A stretch of 47,070 nt of DNA from Gemmatimonadaceae bacterium (GCA_040901985.1 JBBDYC010000010.1:1-47070); one strand, 5' to 3'. Shown: positions 1 through 9,485, counted from the first letter of the stretch. A program made the numbers and translations. Notes: generated by a model from the sequence alone, not told the origin.

Positions 1-52
<52 letters not shown>

Positions 53-60
53 CTGGTAGC

Positions 61-100
61 GCAACAGGGCGTCCCATTCGTGGGGCGCCCTGCTGTGTTT
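61..100 (+). terminator. Hairpin/intrinsic terminator after tRNA-fMet
   Basis: CAGGGCGTCCCA-TTCG-TGGGGCGCCCTG stem-loop followed by CTGTGTTT. Confidence 0.7.
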
Positions 101-163
101 CGGGGGTGAGGGGCGAGGGTTGGAACGGGTGGACGGGGCGCGTTAGATTGGTCGGCGACACAG

Positions 164-237
164 GGCTGGGTAGCTCAGCTGGTTAGAGCACGGCACTCAT
201 AATGCCGGGGTCGCGGGTTCGAGTCCCGCCCCAGCTA
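164..237 (+). tRNA. tRNA-Met (CAT), probably elongator (Ile2 not excluded)
   Basis: Full cloverleaf: acceptor GGCTGGG/CCCAGCT, D-arm TAGCTCAGCTGGTTAGAGC, anticodon arm CGGCA-CTCATAA-TGCCG, T-arm GCGGGTTCGAGTCCCGC; CCA not encoded. Confidence 0.93.
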
Positions 238-303
238 TTCCCGACGGACGTCGGTCCTGGATGAGGATCGGCGCCGTTCGCGATCACCCCAACGGAGACC
301 CAC

Positions 304-993
304 ATGCCGACCAATCGCAGGGAGTTCCTCGACCGCCTCACCCTCGGCGCCGCCGCGCTCGGCGGCCTGACCGTCGGACTTGGCGCCGTGCCCGAGCGGC
401 TCGCGGCGGCCGGGATTGGCGTCAGCGGCGGATCTGACTGGGATACCGCGTGGCCGGACCGGCTGACCGGCAGCGTCCGCTCCGTCTTCGACGTGCCGGA
501 AGTCGAGAGCGGGTTCGGCGTCTGGCGCGCCTCGATCTGGGCGGCGCAGTACGACCAGGCATCCGTGGCGGCCATGGCCGACTGCTCGACCGCGCTCGTG
601 CTTCGCCACAACGCCATCATCCTGGCGATGAGCCAGGAGTACTGGGACCGCTACGACGTCGCGAAGCAGTGGAACGTGACGCACCCGTTGACCGGCCAAC
701 CGACGCTGGCGAATCCGGCGCTCCTTGGGGCAGCGGACGGCATCCCCGAGCCGTTTGCCGGATACGGGCTGCGCGGTTTCATGCGCCGCGGCGGCGTCGT
801 GCTCGCCTGCGACCTCGCGCTCGGCGCGTTTATCGTCCCAAAGGTCCAGCAGGTGGACGGCGTGAGCCCGGAGGTCGCCCGCGCGCGCGCGATCGGCCAT
901 ATGCATCCGGGCGTGATCCTGCAGCCGTCGGGCGTCTTCTCGGTCATCCTCGCCCAGCAGAAGAAGCAGGCGCATTACATCCGGGCGAGCTGA
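304..993 (+). CDS. Tat-exported protein of unknown function (possibly DsrE-like fold)
   Basis: GGAG RBS; twin-arginine signal TNRREFL plus hydrophobic stretch; C-terminal GGVVLACDLA...VILQPSGVFSVILAQ resembles DsrE-like proteins. Confidence 0.75.
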   Translation: MPTNRREFLDRLTLGAAALGGLTVGLGAVPERLAAAGIGVSGGSDWDTAWPDRLTGSVRSVFDVPEVESGFGVWRASIWAAQYDQASVAAMADCSTALVLRHNAIILAMSQEYWDRYDVAKQWNVTHPLTGQPTLANPALLGAADGIPEPFAGYGLRGFMRRGGVVLACDLALGAFIVPKVQQVDGVSPEVARARAIGHMHPGVILQPSGVFSVILAQQKKQAHYIRAS

Positions 994-1020
994 GCGGCAG
1001 AGCCGCCGCCCGGCTCGACC

Positions 1021-2988
1021 GTGCCACCCAACCCGTTCCGCTCCCCAGTCGCCTTCCTGCGCCAGTCCCCCGAAGGGGTGCTGGCGCTGCGCCTGTCGTT
1101 GTTGCTCGCTGTCTACGGCGCGATCCGGTTGGTCTTCCTGCTCCACTACGTCGGAAACTTCGGGGACGTCCCGTCGCTGATGGTTGCGGGGGCATTCGTC
1201 GCTGGGTTGCGGTTCGACCTCTCGGCAATTACTTACGCCAACCTGCCGTTCATCCTGGCATCGCTGGCGCCGGCCGCCGCGCTCGCCCACCGGTGGTACC
1301 AGCGCGGGCTGCACGCGCTCTTCATCGCCGTGAACGTGCCGCTCGTCCTGCTGATGGTCGCCGACATCGGGTACTTCCAGTTCACCGGGACGCGGATGAC
1401 GCGCGACATCTTCGCGCTACGGAGCGAGGCGGCGGCCCAGGCGGATCAACTGCTCGTGAGCTATGCGGGGCTCGCGTTGATTGCCATCGCCTTGGCGGTG
1501 GCAACGGCGATGCTCTATCCCCGCGTCCGTGGGCCCGGCCCGGCCGTCCCCCGACGCTGGACGCGCTACGCGTCGGCTTGCCTTGCCGTGGTCGTCCTCG
1601 CGGTCGTCGCCGCCCGGGGCGGCCTGCAGAAGAAGCCCCTGAAGCCGATCCACGCCTTCACCAGCGGTGAACACGACGTCGGGATCCTCACACTCAACAC
1701 GGCGTTCACCCTCATCCACGGGTCGCGCGAGCGGCTGCTCGAGCCCGTCGAGTACTTCGCGTCCGACCGTGAGGCGGAAGCACTCCTCCACGCACCATTC
1801 GGCCTGACCCGCGGCCGCAGAGCGCCGAACGCCGCGCCGCGGCAGAACGTCGTGCTGCTGATCCTCGAAAGTGTGTCGGCGGAATACTGGGGGGGCGAGG
1901 ACCGGGCGGTCGAGCAAACGCCATTTCTCGATTCGCTGGCGCGCCACGGCACCTTCCTCGTTGACAACTTCGCCAACGGCCGCCGGTCAATGGATGCGTT
2001 GCCGAGCATCCTCATCGGCGTCCCGCTGCTCACGGGCCAGTCCATTGCAGTGTCCGCCTACCAGGGGAACGAGTGGCGTGGGCTCGGACACTTCCTCGGC
2101 GACGCCGGCTACCACACGAGCATGTTCCACGGCGCGCCGAAGGGGACGATGTTCTTCGACGCGATTGCGGCGATGGCCGGCATCGGTGACTTCCGACCAC
2201 TGGAGAGCTACCCGGCCGACCGCCAACGCCGGGACTACGACGGACACTGGGGCCTCTTCGACGAACCCTTCCTCCAGTGGTCCATTGAGGAGATGGGGAA
2301 GTTTCGGCAGCCGTTCTTCTCGACGGTCTTCACGATCAGCACGCACAATCCATACCGCTTGCCGCCGGACTACGAGGACGTCCTCCCCGCCGCAGCGGAG
2401 CCGTTCCACCGGAGTCTCCGCTACCTCGACCTGTCGGTGCGGCGCTTCTTCGAGACGGCGAGCCGCCAGCCGTGGTACGACAGCACGCTGTTCATCGTGG
2501 TCGGCGACCATACGCCGCCCACGCGGTCCCGGCGCTACGAGACGTCACTCGGCCGGTATATGGTGCCGATGCTCCTCTTCGACCCGTCGGGCCGGATGCC
2601 GGTGGTGGACCCGCGGCGCATCACGCAGCACGTGGACATCTTCGCGACGATCCTCGACTACGCCGGTGCGACGCCGGGACGCATCCCGCGATTCGGGCGT
2701 TCGCTCTTCTCGCCCGTGGCGGGCGAGGCGATCCTCGAGAACAGCGGCACCCACTGGCTCGTCACCCGCGACGGCGTGCTCGAACACGATCCGTCGGGCG
2801 CCGAGCGCCTGATGGCGTACCGGCGGGAGGCCACCAGCGCGCACGCCGAATCGCTCGACGACCCCGAACTGGCGGCGCGCCTCTCTCAGCGTCTCCGGGC
2901 GTACGTCCAGCACTACACGTCGTCAATGATCAACAACGCGTTCTATCGCGAGTCGCACGACGGAAGCGGGGCGCGCGCGAAGCGCTGA
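1021..2988 (+). CDS. LTA synthase / phosphoglycerol transferase (sulfatase superfamily) membrane protein
   Basis: About 5 N-terminal TM helices with GLRFDLS; NVVLLILES, NGRRSMDALP, FTISTHNPY and TLFIVVGDH motifs. Confidence 0.88.
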   Translation: MPPNPFRSPVAFLRQSPEGVLALRLSLLLAVYGAIRLVFLLHYVGNFGDVPSLMVAGAFVAGLRFDLSAITYANLPFILASLAPAAALAHRWYQRGLHALFIAVNVPLVLLMVADIGYFQFTGTRMTRDIFALRSEAAAQADQLLVSYAGLALIAIALAVATAMLYPRVRGPGPAVPRRWTRYASACLAVVVLAVVAARGGLQKKPLKPIHAFTSGEHDVGILTLNTAFTLIHGSRERLLEPVEYFASDREAEALLHAPFGLTRGRRAPNAAPRQNVVLLILESVSAEYWGGEDRAVEQTPFLDSLARHGTFLVDNFANGRRSMDALPSILIGVPLLTGQSIAVSAYQGNEWRGLGHFLGDAGYHTSMFHGAPKGTMFFDAIAAMAGIGDFRPLESYPADRQRRDYDGHWGLFDEPFLQWSIEEMGKFRQPFFSTVFTISTHNPYRLPPDYEDVLPAAAEPFHRSLRYLDLSVRRFFETASRQPWYDSTLFIVVGDHTPPTRSRRYETSLGRYMVPMLLFDPSGRMPVVDPRRITQHVDIFATILDYAGATPGRIPRFGRSLFSPVAGEAILENSGTHWLVTRDGVLEHDPSGAERLMAYRREATSAHAESLDDPELAARLSQRLRAYVQHYTSSMINNAFYRESHDGSGARAKR

Positions 2989-3010
2989 AGGCGCGGCACG
3001 CGCCGAGCAC

Positions 3011-3043
3011 GCTCAGCGTGCGCTCAGCGTGCGCTCAGCGCGC
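3011..3043. repeat. 3 x 11-bp tandem repeat GCTCAGCG(T/C)GC between convergent genes
   Basis: Units at 3011, 3022 and 3033; the last contains the stop codon of the M20 gene. Confidence 0.85.
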
Positions 3044-4603
3044 GCGAGGACCCAACGGCTCCGTGAGGACCGCCGCGATGATGCGGATCCCCTGGAGGAA
3101 ATCGTGGACCCGGAGGTTCTCGTTGGACGAATGCTGATTGTTGTCGGGGTTCACCGTCCCGACCACGACGGCCGGGACCCCGAGCGTCGTCACGAACGGC
3201 GAGATGGGGATCGAACCGCCGCCGGTCCGGAGGAGGACGGGCGAACGGCCAAACAGCCGCTGGAAGGCGCGGCCGAGCCATTGGCCCGGCTCCGAGTCGA
3301 GATCCGTCCGGAACGCCCGATACGACACGCTCGCGTCGAAGCGAATGATCCGCGGATGCCGCGCCCGCTCGGCATCGGTCGGCTCGCGTCCGCTGATCAC
3401 GTGGTAGCCGAGCCCCTCGATGTGGCGGCGCACCAGCCCGAGGAGCCGCTCGGGATCACTCTCGCGCACGAGCCGCAGGTCGAGCTCCGCAATCGCGTCG
3501 GGCGGGATGATCGTGCGGGTCTCGTTGCCCACCCACGCCGAGCGCAGGCCGCGGACGTTGAGGGACGGGTACTGCAACGCCTCCTGGATGCTCGCGGCGA
3601 CGCGGTCGGGCGCGGCGATCCCCAGTCGGCGGTGGATGGCCGCCGTGTCGTCGGGCACGGCCTCGAGGATCCGCCGCGTGGCGGCGTCAATCGTGACGCC
3701 GTCGTAGAAGCCGGGGATCGTGACCCGGCCGTGGTCGTCCTTCATTGACGCGAGGACTTGCGCAAGGCGCAGGGCGGGGTTGGGGACGTAGTTACCCCAG
3801 TGCCCGGAGTGCTGGGCAACGCGCGGGCCGTACGTCGTGAGCGTGATGTCGGCGATTCCCCGCGCGCCGAACGTCAGCGTGGGCTCGCCGGTGACGTGTG
3901 GCGGGCCGTCGAAGATCACGAAGATGTCGGCGGCGAGCCGGTCGCGATACCGCTCCACCGCCGCCGCGAGATGCGGCGACCCCATCTCCTCCTCCGGGTC
4001 CACGATCACCTTCATATCGAAGTCAGGGCGGAGTCCGGCGGCGTCGATCACCGAGATGGCGGAGAGGAACTGGGCGACCGGACCCTTCGAGTCGGAGGCG
4101 GAGCGCGCGAAGATCCTCCACTCGGGATCGGGTGCGTCGTAGAGTCGCTCCCACGGGAGCGCGGTCCAGTCGGCGGGGTTGCCATCCACGCTCGTCGAGC
4201 CGGTGCGCCGCGCCTTGAGGGTCGGCGTCCAGGGGCTCTCCTGGTGCCAACGCGTGGGGTCCACCGGCTGGCCGTCCGCCTGCAGGTAGATCAGCACCGT
4301 GCGCGTCGCGCCCGGCACGCGGCGCTCGGCCAGGACGGCGTCGCTCCCCGGCATCGCCAGCCGCTCGGTCGCGAAGCCACGCGCGCGAAACTGGCGCTCG
4401 AGAAACTCCGTGAGCCGAAGGATGTCGTCGGCCCGGTCGGCGACGTTCGGGTAGGTCAGCAGTTCGCGATACAGCGCGAAGGCCGAGTCGGCGTGTGCGG
4501 CGGCCAGCGCCTCGATGCGGGCGGCGGACGGTGGCCGTTGTGCGCCGAGCGCAGGCGCGGCGGCGAGCAGGAGCGCGGTGGCGCGGAGGAGAAGTGGTCG
4601 CAT
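3035..4603 (-). CDS. Secreted M20/M25/M40 family metallopeptidase/hydrolase
   Basis: Signal peptide ending LGA-Q; motifs IFARSASDSKG, DPEEEMGS, QHSGHWGN, NNQHSSNEN; ATG 4603 preferred (GTG 4609 alternative). Confidence 0.88.
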   Translation of the reverse strand: MRPLLLRATALLLAAAPALGAQRPPSAARIEALAAAHADSAFALYRELLTYPNVADRADDILRLTEFLERQFRARGFATERLAMPGSDAVLAERRVPGATRTVLIYLQADGQPVDPTRWHQESPWTPTLKARRTGSTSVDGNPADWTALPWERLYDAPDPEWRIFARSASDSKGPVAQFLSAISVIDAAGLRPDFDMKVIVDPEEEMGSPHLAAAVERYRDRLAADIFVIFDGPPHVTGEPTLTFGARGIADITLTTYGPRVAQHSGHWGNYVPNPALRLAQVLASMKDDHGRVTIPGFYDGVTIDAATRRILEAVPDDTAAIHRRLGIAAPDRVAASIQEALQYPSLNVRGLRSAWVGNETRTIIPPDAIAELDLRLVRESDPERLLGLVRRHIEGLGYHVISGREPTDAERARHPRIIRFDASVSYRAFRTDLDSEPGQWLGRAFQRLFGRSPVLLRTGGGSIPISPFVTTLGVPAVVVGTVNPDNNQHSSNENLRVHDFLQGIRIIAAVLTEPLGPRAR

Positions 4604-4708
4604 CCCCACATTCTACCGCCCGCGCGGACGGCGCGCAGTGCGCGCGGCGCGTGCGGCGAGCCCGGAGCACTGGCGGACCTCACCTTCGGGCGCTATTCCT
4701 TCAGCATA

Positions 4709-4791
4709 GCCGCCAGGGGTACTCCGCGTCCGCGGGGTTGAGAAAGTCTCTTGGAACCTGACCCGGTCAACACCGGCGTAGGGAGTGCGGC
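4709..4791 (+). promoter_or_regulatory. TPP (thiamine pyrophosphate) riboswitch aptamer
   Basis: AGGGGT...TTGAGA...GAACCTGACCCGGTCAACACCGGCGTAGGGAG core; P1 GCCGC (4709-4713) pairs with GCGGC (4787-4791); upstream of a thiamine-type TonB receptor. Confidence 0.9.
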
Positions 4792-4814
4792 GAGTGTCGT
4801 GACCGCCGTCCCTT

Positions 4815-4857
4815 GGCCACGCCACCCGCTCGCCGGGTGCGCGTGGCCTCTGTCGTT
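4815..4857 (+). terminator. Riboswitch expression-platform hairpin (putative attenuator)
   Basis: GGCCACGC-CACCCG-ctcgc-CGGGTG-c-GCGTGGCC followed by a weak T tract TCTGTCGTT. Confidence 0.55.
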
Positions 4858-4920
4858 CGGGGGTGGCGCGTACCCGGCGGGGATCCGCCGGACCGTACGC
4901 CGCAACACGAGGATCCCGCC

Positions 4921-6993
4921 ATGCGACGTATCAACTGTTCCGCCATCATCCTTCTCGGACTCGGCGCGGCAACCGCCGGCGCCCAGGTACCGACCGCGCC
5001 GCGCGACACGGCAGCGCGCGACACGGCAGCGCGCGACACGGCGGCGCGCGATACGCTGGAATCGGTCGTCGTCCGCGCGACGCGCGCCGGTGGCGCGGCC
5101 CCCACGTCGCAGACCACGCTCGACCGCGCGACCATCGAACGCACGTACGTCGGCCAGGACGCGCCGCTCGCGCTCCTCGGCGCCACCGGCATCACCGCGG
5201 CGTCGGATGCCGGCGCCTTTTCCGGCTACAGCTCGATCCGCCTCCGCGGCATTGACCAGACGCGCCTGGCGATCTCGCTGGATGGGATCCCGCTGAACGA
5301 CCCGGAGGACCAGGTCCTCTACTTCTCGAACGTACCGGACTTCATGAACTCGATGCAGAGCGTGCGCGTGCAGCGCGGCGTCGGGTCGAGCGCGTTTGGC
5401 ACGGCGTCGTTCGCCGGCTCGCTCAACTTCGAGAGTCTCAACCTCCTGACGCTGCCACGCGGCGCCGAAGCGCAACTCACTGCCGGATCGTGGGGGACGC
5501 AGCGTCTGAGCGTCGAAGGTGCCACGGGCCTCGTCGGCGGATTCGCCGCCTACGGCCGCGTGTCGGCGCAGGAAACCGATGGGTATCGAATCCGCTCGGG
5601 GAACCAGTCGGAGTCGGGGTTCGTGAGCGCCGGATGGTTTGGCGAACGCGACGCCGTGAAGTTCACCGGGCTCGCCGGCCGCTCGCGGATGCAGCTCGCC
5701 TACTACGCGGCGAGCGAGGCCGAGCTCGCGGTCGAGCCGCGAACCAATCCGATGTCCCCCGAGGAGCGCGACGACTTCCATCAGGAGATGGTCAGTCTCC
5801 AGTACACACGGGTCCTCCAGCCGGGCACCTCCCTCACCACGACCGCCTATCGCAATAGCGCCGGCGGGGAGTACGACGTGGCCGTCGGCTCCGAACTCTG
5901 GAACTTCAACCTCAACCACGTCTGGTACGGCGTCCTCTCGACGTTCGAGTGGCAGCGCGACGGACTCGTGCTGGCGGCCGGCGCGCACGTGAGCCGCTAC
6001 TTCCGCGATCACTATCGCTTCACGCATCCCGACCTGCAACGCCGCGTCTACGACAACACCGGCTTCAAGCAGGAGCAGAGCGCGTTCCTGAAGGGGACGT
6101 GGACCCAGGGCGCGGTGGATTGGCACGGCGACCTGCAGCTGCGCCGGGCGTCGTTCCGCTACCGGCCTACGGCGGGGAGCACGTTCGACGCGCCGAACAT
6201 TGACTGGGTGTTTCTCAATCCGAAGGTCGGCGTGACCTGGCGCGCGCAGCCCGCACTTCAGCTCTTCGTGTCGCTCGGTCAGAGTCGCCGCGAACCGACG
6301 CGGAGCGATATGTTCGCCGGGGCCGACGACCTTGACGACGCGGCGGCTGCCGACGTCCTCCCCCTCGGCCAGGTGCGCCCGGAGACGCTCACTGACCTCG
6401 AGGTGGGCGCGCGCTGGGAGCGCGGAACGGTCCGGTTGGGGGTCAACGCCTTCGCGATGCGTTTTCGAGACGAGATCGCCGCGATTGGGGCCATCTCGGT
6501 CATCGGCAGCCAACTACGCCGGAACGTGGACCGGAGTGCCCGTGACGGCGTCGAGCTCGAGGCAAGCTGGCGCGCGCGGCCGACGCTGCGTCTGGGCGGG
6601 AATGCGATGTTCCTGCGCGCACGGATCGCCGAGTTCACTGATGAGGCCACCGCAATCACCTACGTTGACGTGCGACCGGTGCTTACGCCGGCGGTGATCG
6701 CCAACGCGCAGGCAACCTGGACGCCGCTCGCGGCGGGCGAGCTGACCCTCACGGTGCGCCACGTCGGCGACTCGCCGCTCGCCAACGACGGCAATGCGGC
6801 GCTCGTCACCCCGGCCTTTACGCTCGCCGACCTCGGCGCCGCATACCGCTTCGGCCGGACGTCGGTGCGCGTCCAGGTGCAGAACCTGCTCGACGCCACC
6901 GCGTACGCGAGCGGCTACACCGATGGCACAACCCGCTACTTCTTCCCGGTGGCGGCGCGCACGCTGATGGCGACCGTCGTGCTGACCTTCTAA
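4921..6993 (+). CDS. TonB-dependent receptor, probable thiamine uptake
   Basis: RBS GAGGA and ATG 4921; signal peptide; TonB-box-like LESVVVRA; plug SDAG..GYSSIRLRGIDQTR...GIPLND...QRGVGSS..G.ASFAGSLN resembling Bacteroidota thiamine receptors; C-terminal Phe; TPP riboswitch upstream. Confidence 0.9.
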   Translation: MRRINCSAIILLGLGAATAGAQVPTAPRDTAARDTAARDTAARDTLESVVVRATRAGGAAPTSQTTLDRATIERTYVGQDAPLALLGATGITAASDAGAFSGYSSIRLRGIDQTRLAISLDGIPLNDPEDQVLYFSNVPDFMNSMQSVRVQRGVGSSAFGTASFAGSLNFESLNLLTLPRGAEAQLTAGSWGTQRLSVEGATGLVGGFAAYGRVSAQETDGYRIRSGNQSESGFVSAGWFGERDAVKFTGLAGRSRMQLAYYAASEAELAVEPRTNPMSPEERDDFHQEMVSLQYTRVLQPGTSLTTTAYRNSAGGEYDVAVGSELWNFNLNHVWYGVLSTFEWQRDGLVLAAGAHVSRYFRDHYRFTHPDLQRRVYDNTGFKQEQSAFLKGTWTQGAVDWHGDLQLRRASFRYRPTAGSTFDAPNIDWVFLNPKVGVTWRAQPALQLFVSLGQSRREPTRSDMFAGADDLDDAAAADVLPLGQVRPETLTDLEVGARWERGTVRLGVNAFAMRFRDEIAAIGAISVIGSQLRRNVDRSARDGVELEASWRARPTLRLGGNAMFLRARIAEFTDEATAITYVDVRPVLTPAVIANAQATWTPLAAGELTLTVRHVGDSPLANDGNAALVTPAFTLADLGAAYRFGRTSVRVQVQNLLDATAYASGYTDGTTRYFFPVAARTLMATVVLTF
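5002..5055 (+). repeat. 15-bp in-frame tandem repeat encoding (RDTAA)3-RDT
   Basis: CGCGACACGGCRGCG x3 plus CGCGATACG, between signal peptide and TonB box. Confidence 0.9.
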
Positions 6994-7002
6994 CGTTCGC
7001 GT

Positions 7003-7488
7003 ATGTCCCGTGCCCCACGCTCGCTGCAGGAGGAGTTGCAACAGACCCGGCCGTTCTCGTCGCCGGCCGAGGAGGCGCTGGTGGCACTGATGCGCACGGC
7101 GGCGCTCGTGCGGCGTGCAATCGCGCAGCGGGTCGAGCCGTACGGCATCTCGCCGGCACAGTACAACGTGCTGCGGATCCTGCGCGGGGCCGGGGAGGCG
7201 GGGTTGCCGACGCTGGCGGTGCGCGAGCGGCTGATCGAGGAGGCGCCGGGAATCACCCGACTGATTGACAAGCTCGAGGAGAGCGGCCACGTGCGGCGTG
7301 ACCGCACCGGGCAGGACCGCCGGAAGGTGCATTGCCACGTCACCGATCGGGGATTGGCGCTGCTCGCGGCGATGGACACGCTGGTGCGGGAGACCGCCTC
7401 GTTGGTCTCGGCCGGGATCCCCGACGAGGGCGACCAGCGCCGGATGATCGAGTTGCTGGCGAAGCTCAGGGCGGGGATGGCCGAATGA
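7003..7488 (+). CDS. MarR family transcriptional regulator
   Basis: GISPAQYNVLRILRG...TRLIDKLEESGHVRR...DRR winged-helix pattern; 9 bp after the receptor stop. Confidence 0.9.
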   Translation: MSRAPRSLQEELQQTRPFSSPAEEALVALMRTAALVRRAIAQRVEPYGISPAQYNVLRILRGAGEAGLPTLAVRERLIEEAPGITRLIDKLEESGHVRRDRTGQDRRKVHCHVTDRGLALLAAMDTLVRETASLVSAGIPDEGDQRRMIELLAKLRAGMAE

Positions 7489-8914
7489 CGATGGACTCGA
7501 TCACGTCCCCTTCCATCACGGCGTCCACGACCTCGATCCCTTCCACCACCTCGGCGAAGACGGTGTAGTCGCGGCCGAGCCGCAGGTTGTCGCGCAGGTT
7601 CACGAACCACTGCGCGTCCCCGGTGTCGTGGCCGCGCGTGCTCATCCCGACTGTCCCGCGGCGATGGGGAAGCGTGCCCAGCTCGTCAACCAGGTAGCGG
7701 TCCAGTCCGACGTATTCGTTGGCGCCCGGGCTCCCGCCCTGGATCACGAAATCGTGCTCCACCCGGTGCCAGGTGAGACCGTCGTAGTGGCCGGCGCGCA
7801 CAAGGTCGAGGATCCGCGCCGCCATCAGCGGGGCGACGTCGCCGCGCAGCCGGACGACGAACTGGCCGCCACCCCCGCTCGCCGAGGCCATCGTCACGCA
7901 CAGGTGCGACGTGGCGCCGAGCGCGAGGGCGACGGCGTCGCGGGGGAGGGTGTGGTCGGGGGCAGGTGGCTGGTCATCCGTCGGCGGTCGGCCCGCTGCT
8001 TCGAGTAGCGCGAGGCGCACGTCGCGTTCCGAGGCAGTGGCGTGCGTGACGAAACGGGCAAAGGCCGCCAGCGCCGCCTTGCGTGCGCCGCTGTACGCGG
8101 AGCCGCCGAGCGCGACGGCCGCCGCGAGCACGGCCTGCGCGCCCTCGCTGCCGAGGGCGGCGACAAAGAGCGAGTCGTCGGCGTGACCGGTCAGGCGCGC
8201 CAGGCCTTCGATGGCGGCCTCCTTGACGTTGTCGTCAGGGTCGCGGGCGAGCGCGCGCAAGGCCGCGGTGTCCGAGGCGAGCGCAGCGGCACGCGCCGCA
8301 TACTGCCGTACCTGCCACTGCGGGTGCAGGCGGTGCGCGGCGATCAGGTCGCTCGCCTCGGCCGGCCGCAGGCGGGCAAGCGCCACGAGGCCCTGCGCGC
8401 CCCCCTGCCACGACACGCCGTCGCGTGCGCGGTGCGAGGCGTCAGCCGGCAGGGACGTTGCCCAGGCGCGGAAGGTGGCAACGAGCGGGCCGTGTCCCGC
8501 ACACGACGCCCGCGCGAGCGCCGCTACGCGCAGGCGCACCGGCCACACCGGGTCGGCGGTCGCCGCTGTGGTCAGCGCCTGACAGTCGTCGCGCTGCGCC
8601 ATCAGCGCGCGGTACCGGGATTTCCACTCCGGCTCGGGCCACTCCGGCGGCGGCGGCAGCTCGGCGCCGGGCAGCGAGTCGCGGCGCGAAAAGTGCGGAT
8701 CCACGATCCGCTCCCTCGCCCGCAGCGCCAGTGCCCGCACGCGCGGGTCGTGGTGTCCGGCGCCTTCGGCGAGCGCCGGGGCGGTCGAGTCGCGCCGTAG
8801 CTCGGCGCTGAGGATCCGCCTGGCCAGGGCGGTATCCGCCTGGGCCGACGCCGGCCGGGGAACCGCGAGCATCAGCAGACCTGCCACCAGGGCCCAACCG
8901 CGCAGTGCGGGCAT
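7466..8914 (-). CDS. Secreted HEAT-repeat protein with C-terminal cyclophilin-type peptidyl-prolyl isomerase
   Basis: Signal peptide ASA-Q; HEAT-like DPRVR/WQVR/DDNVK repeats; YDGLTWHRVEHDFVIQGG, RGTVGMS and YTVFAEVVEG cyclophilin motifs. Confidence 0.88.
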   Translation of the reverse strand: MPALRGWALVAGLLMLAVPRPASAQADTALARRILSAELRRDSTAPALAEGAGHHDPRVRALALRARERIVDPHFSRRDSLPGAELPPPPEWPEPEWKSRYRALMAQRDDCQALTTAATADPVWPVRLRVAALARASCAGHGPLVATFRAWATSLPADASHRARDGVSWQGGAQGLVALARLRPAEASDLIAAHRLHPQWQVRQYAARAAALASDTAALRALARDPDDNVKEAAIEGLARLTGHADDSLFVAALGSEGAQAVLAAAVALGGSAYSGARKAALAAFARFVTHATASERDVRLALLEAAGRPPTDDQPPAPDHTLPRDAVALALGATSHLCVTMASASGGGGQFVVRLRGDVAPLMAARILDLVRAGHYDGLTWHRVEHDFVIQGGSPGANEYVGLDRYLVDELGTLPHRRGTVGMSTRGHDTGDAQWFVNLRDNLRLGRDYTVFAEVVEGIEVVDAVMEGDVIESIVIRPSPP

Positions 8915-8972
8915 CGCGTCAACCTATGCCTGGCCAATGGCCCTCGACAGTGGCACGGCGTAAAATTGGGGC

Positions 8973-9485
8973 ATGCTGATCTTCAAGCTCCTGCAGTCAC
9001 TCCTCAGGGCGCTCAACTCCGAAGGCACACCCGGCCAAGTCGCGATGGGAATGGCGATCGGCCTCGCATTCGGACTCACGCCCCTCGTCAGCCTGCACAA
9101 TCTCGTCATCCTGGCCGTGGCGATGCTGACCACGGTCTCGTTCCCGGGCGTGATCGTCGGTTGGATCGTCGCGGTGCCCGTCGGCTTCATGCTCGATCCA
9201 CTGTTTGATCGCGTGGGGATGGCGCTGCTGACCACCGACGCCCTGACCCCACTCTGGCTTTGGGTCGTCAACACGCCAGTCGTGGCGCTCTCGCGGCTCA
9301 ACAACACGATCGTGCTCGGCAGCCTCGTCGTGTGGGTCGTGCTGCTGATTCCAGCCTACTTTGGGTTCCGCGTGCTGGTGGCTCGCTACCGGACGCATCT
9401 CTATGTGCACGTGCAGAAATGGCGGATTGTCCAGCTGGTCAAGACGTCGAAGATCTACTCGCTGTACGACACGTTCCGGCCGTGA
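8973..9485 (+). CDS. TIGR03546/DUF2062-like inner membrane protein
   Basis: LNSEGTPGQVA..., LDPLFDRVG, LNNTIVLGSL; paired with the downstream TIGR03545-like gene. Confidence 0.82.
   Translation: MLIFKLLQSLLRALNSEGTPGQVAMGMAIGLAFGLTPLVSLHNLVILAVAMLTTVSFPGVIVGWIVAVPVGFMLDPLFDRVGMALLTTDALTPLWLWVVNTPVVALSRLNNTIVLGSLVVWVVLLIPAYFGFRVLVARYRTHLYVHVQKWRIVQLVKTSKIYSLYDTFRP

Noticed and set aside
3011..5055. Short repeats as a CRISPR array
   Set aside because: They are tandem units without spacers, and no cas genes are present.
4693..6513. Long antisense and alternative-frame ORFs (also 9455-11491, 16590-18278, 21606-23369, 31867-33546, 40362-41828)
   Set aside because: Shadows of real genes caused by high GC and stop-codon scarcity; they are Arg/Pro/Ala-rich with no recognisable motifs.
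8951..8966. TGGCAC as a sigma54 -24 element
   Set aside because: No GC at the -12 position; TAAAAT fits a sigma70 -10 for a leaderless gene better.
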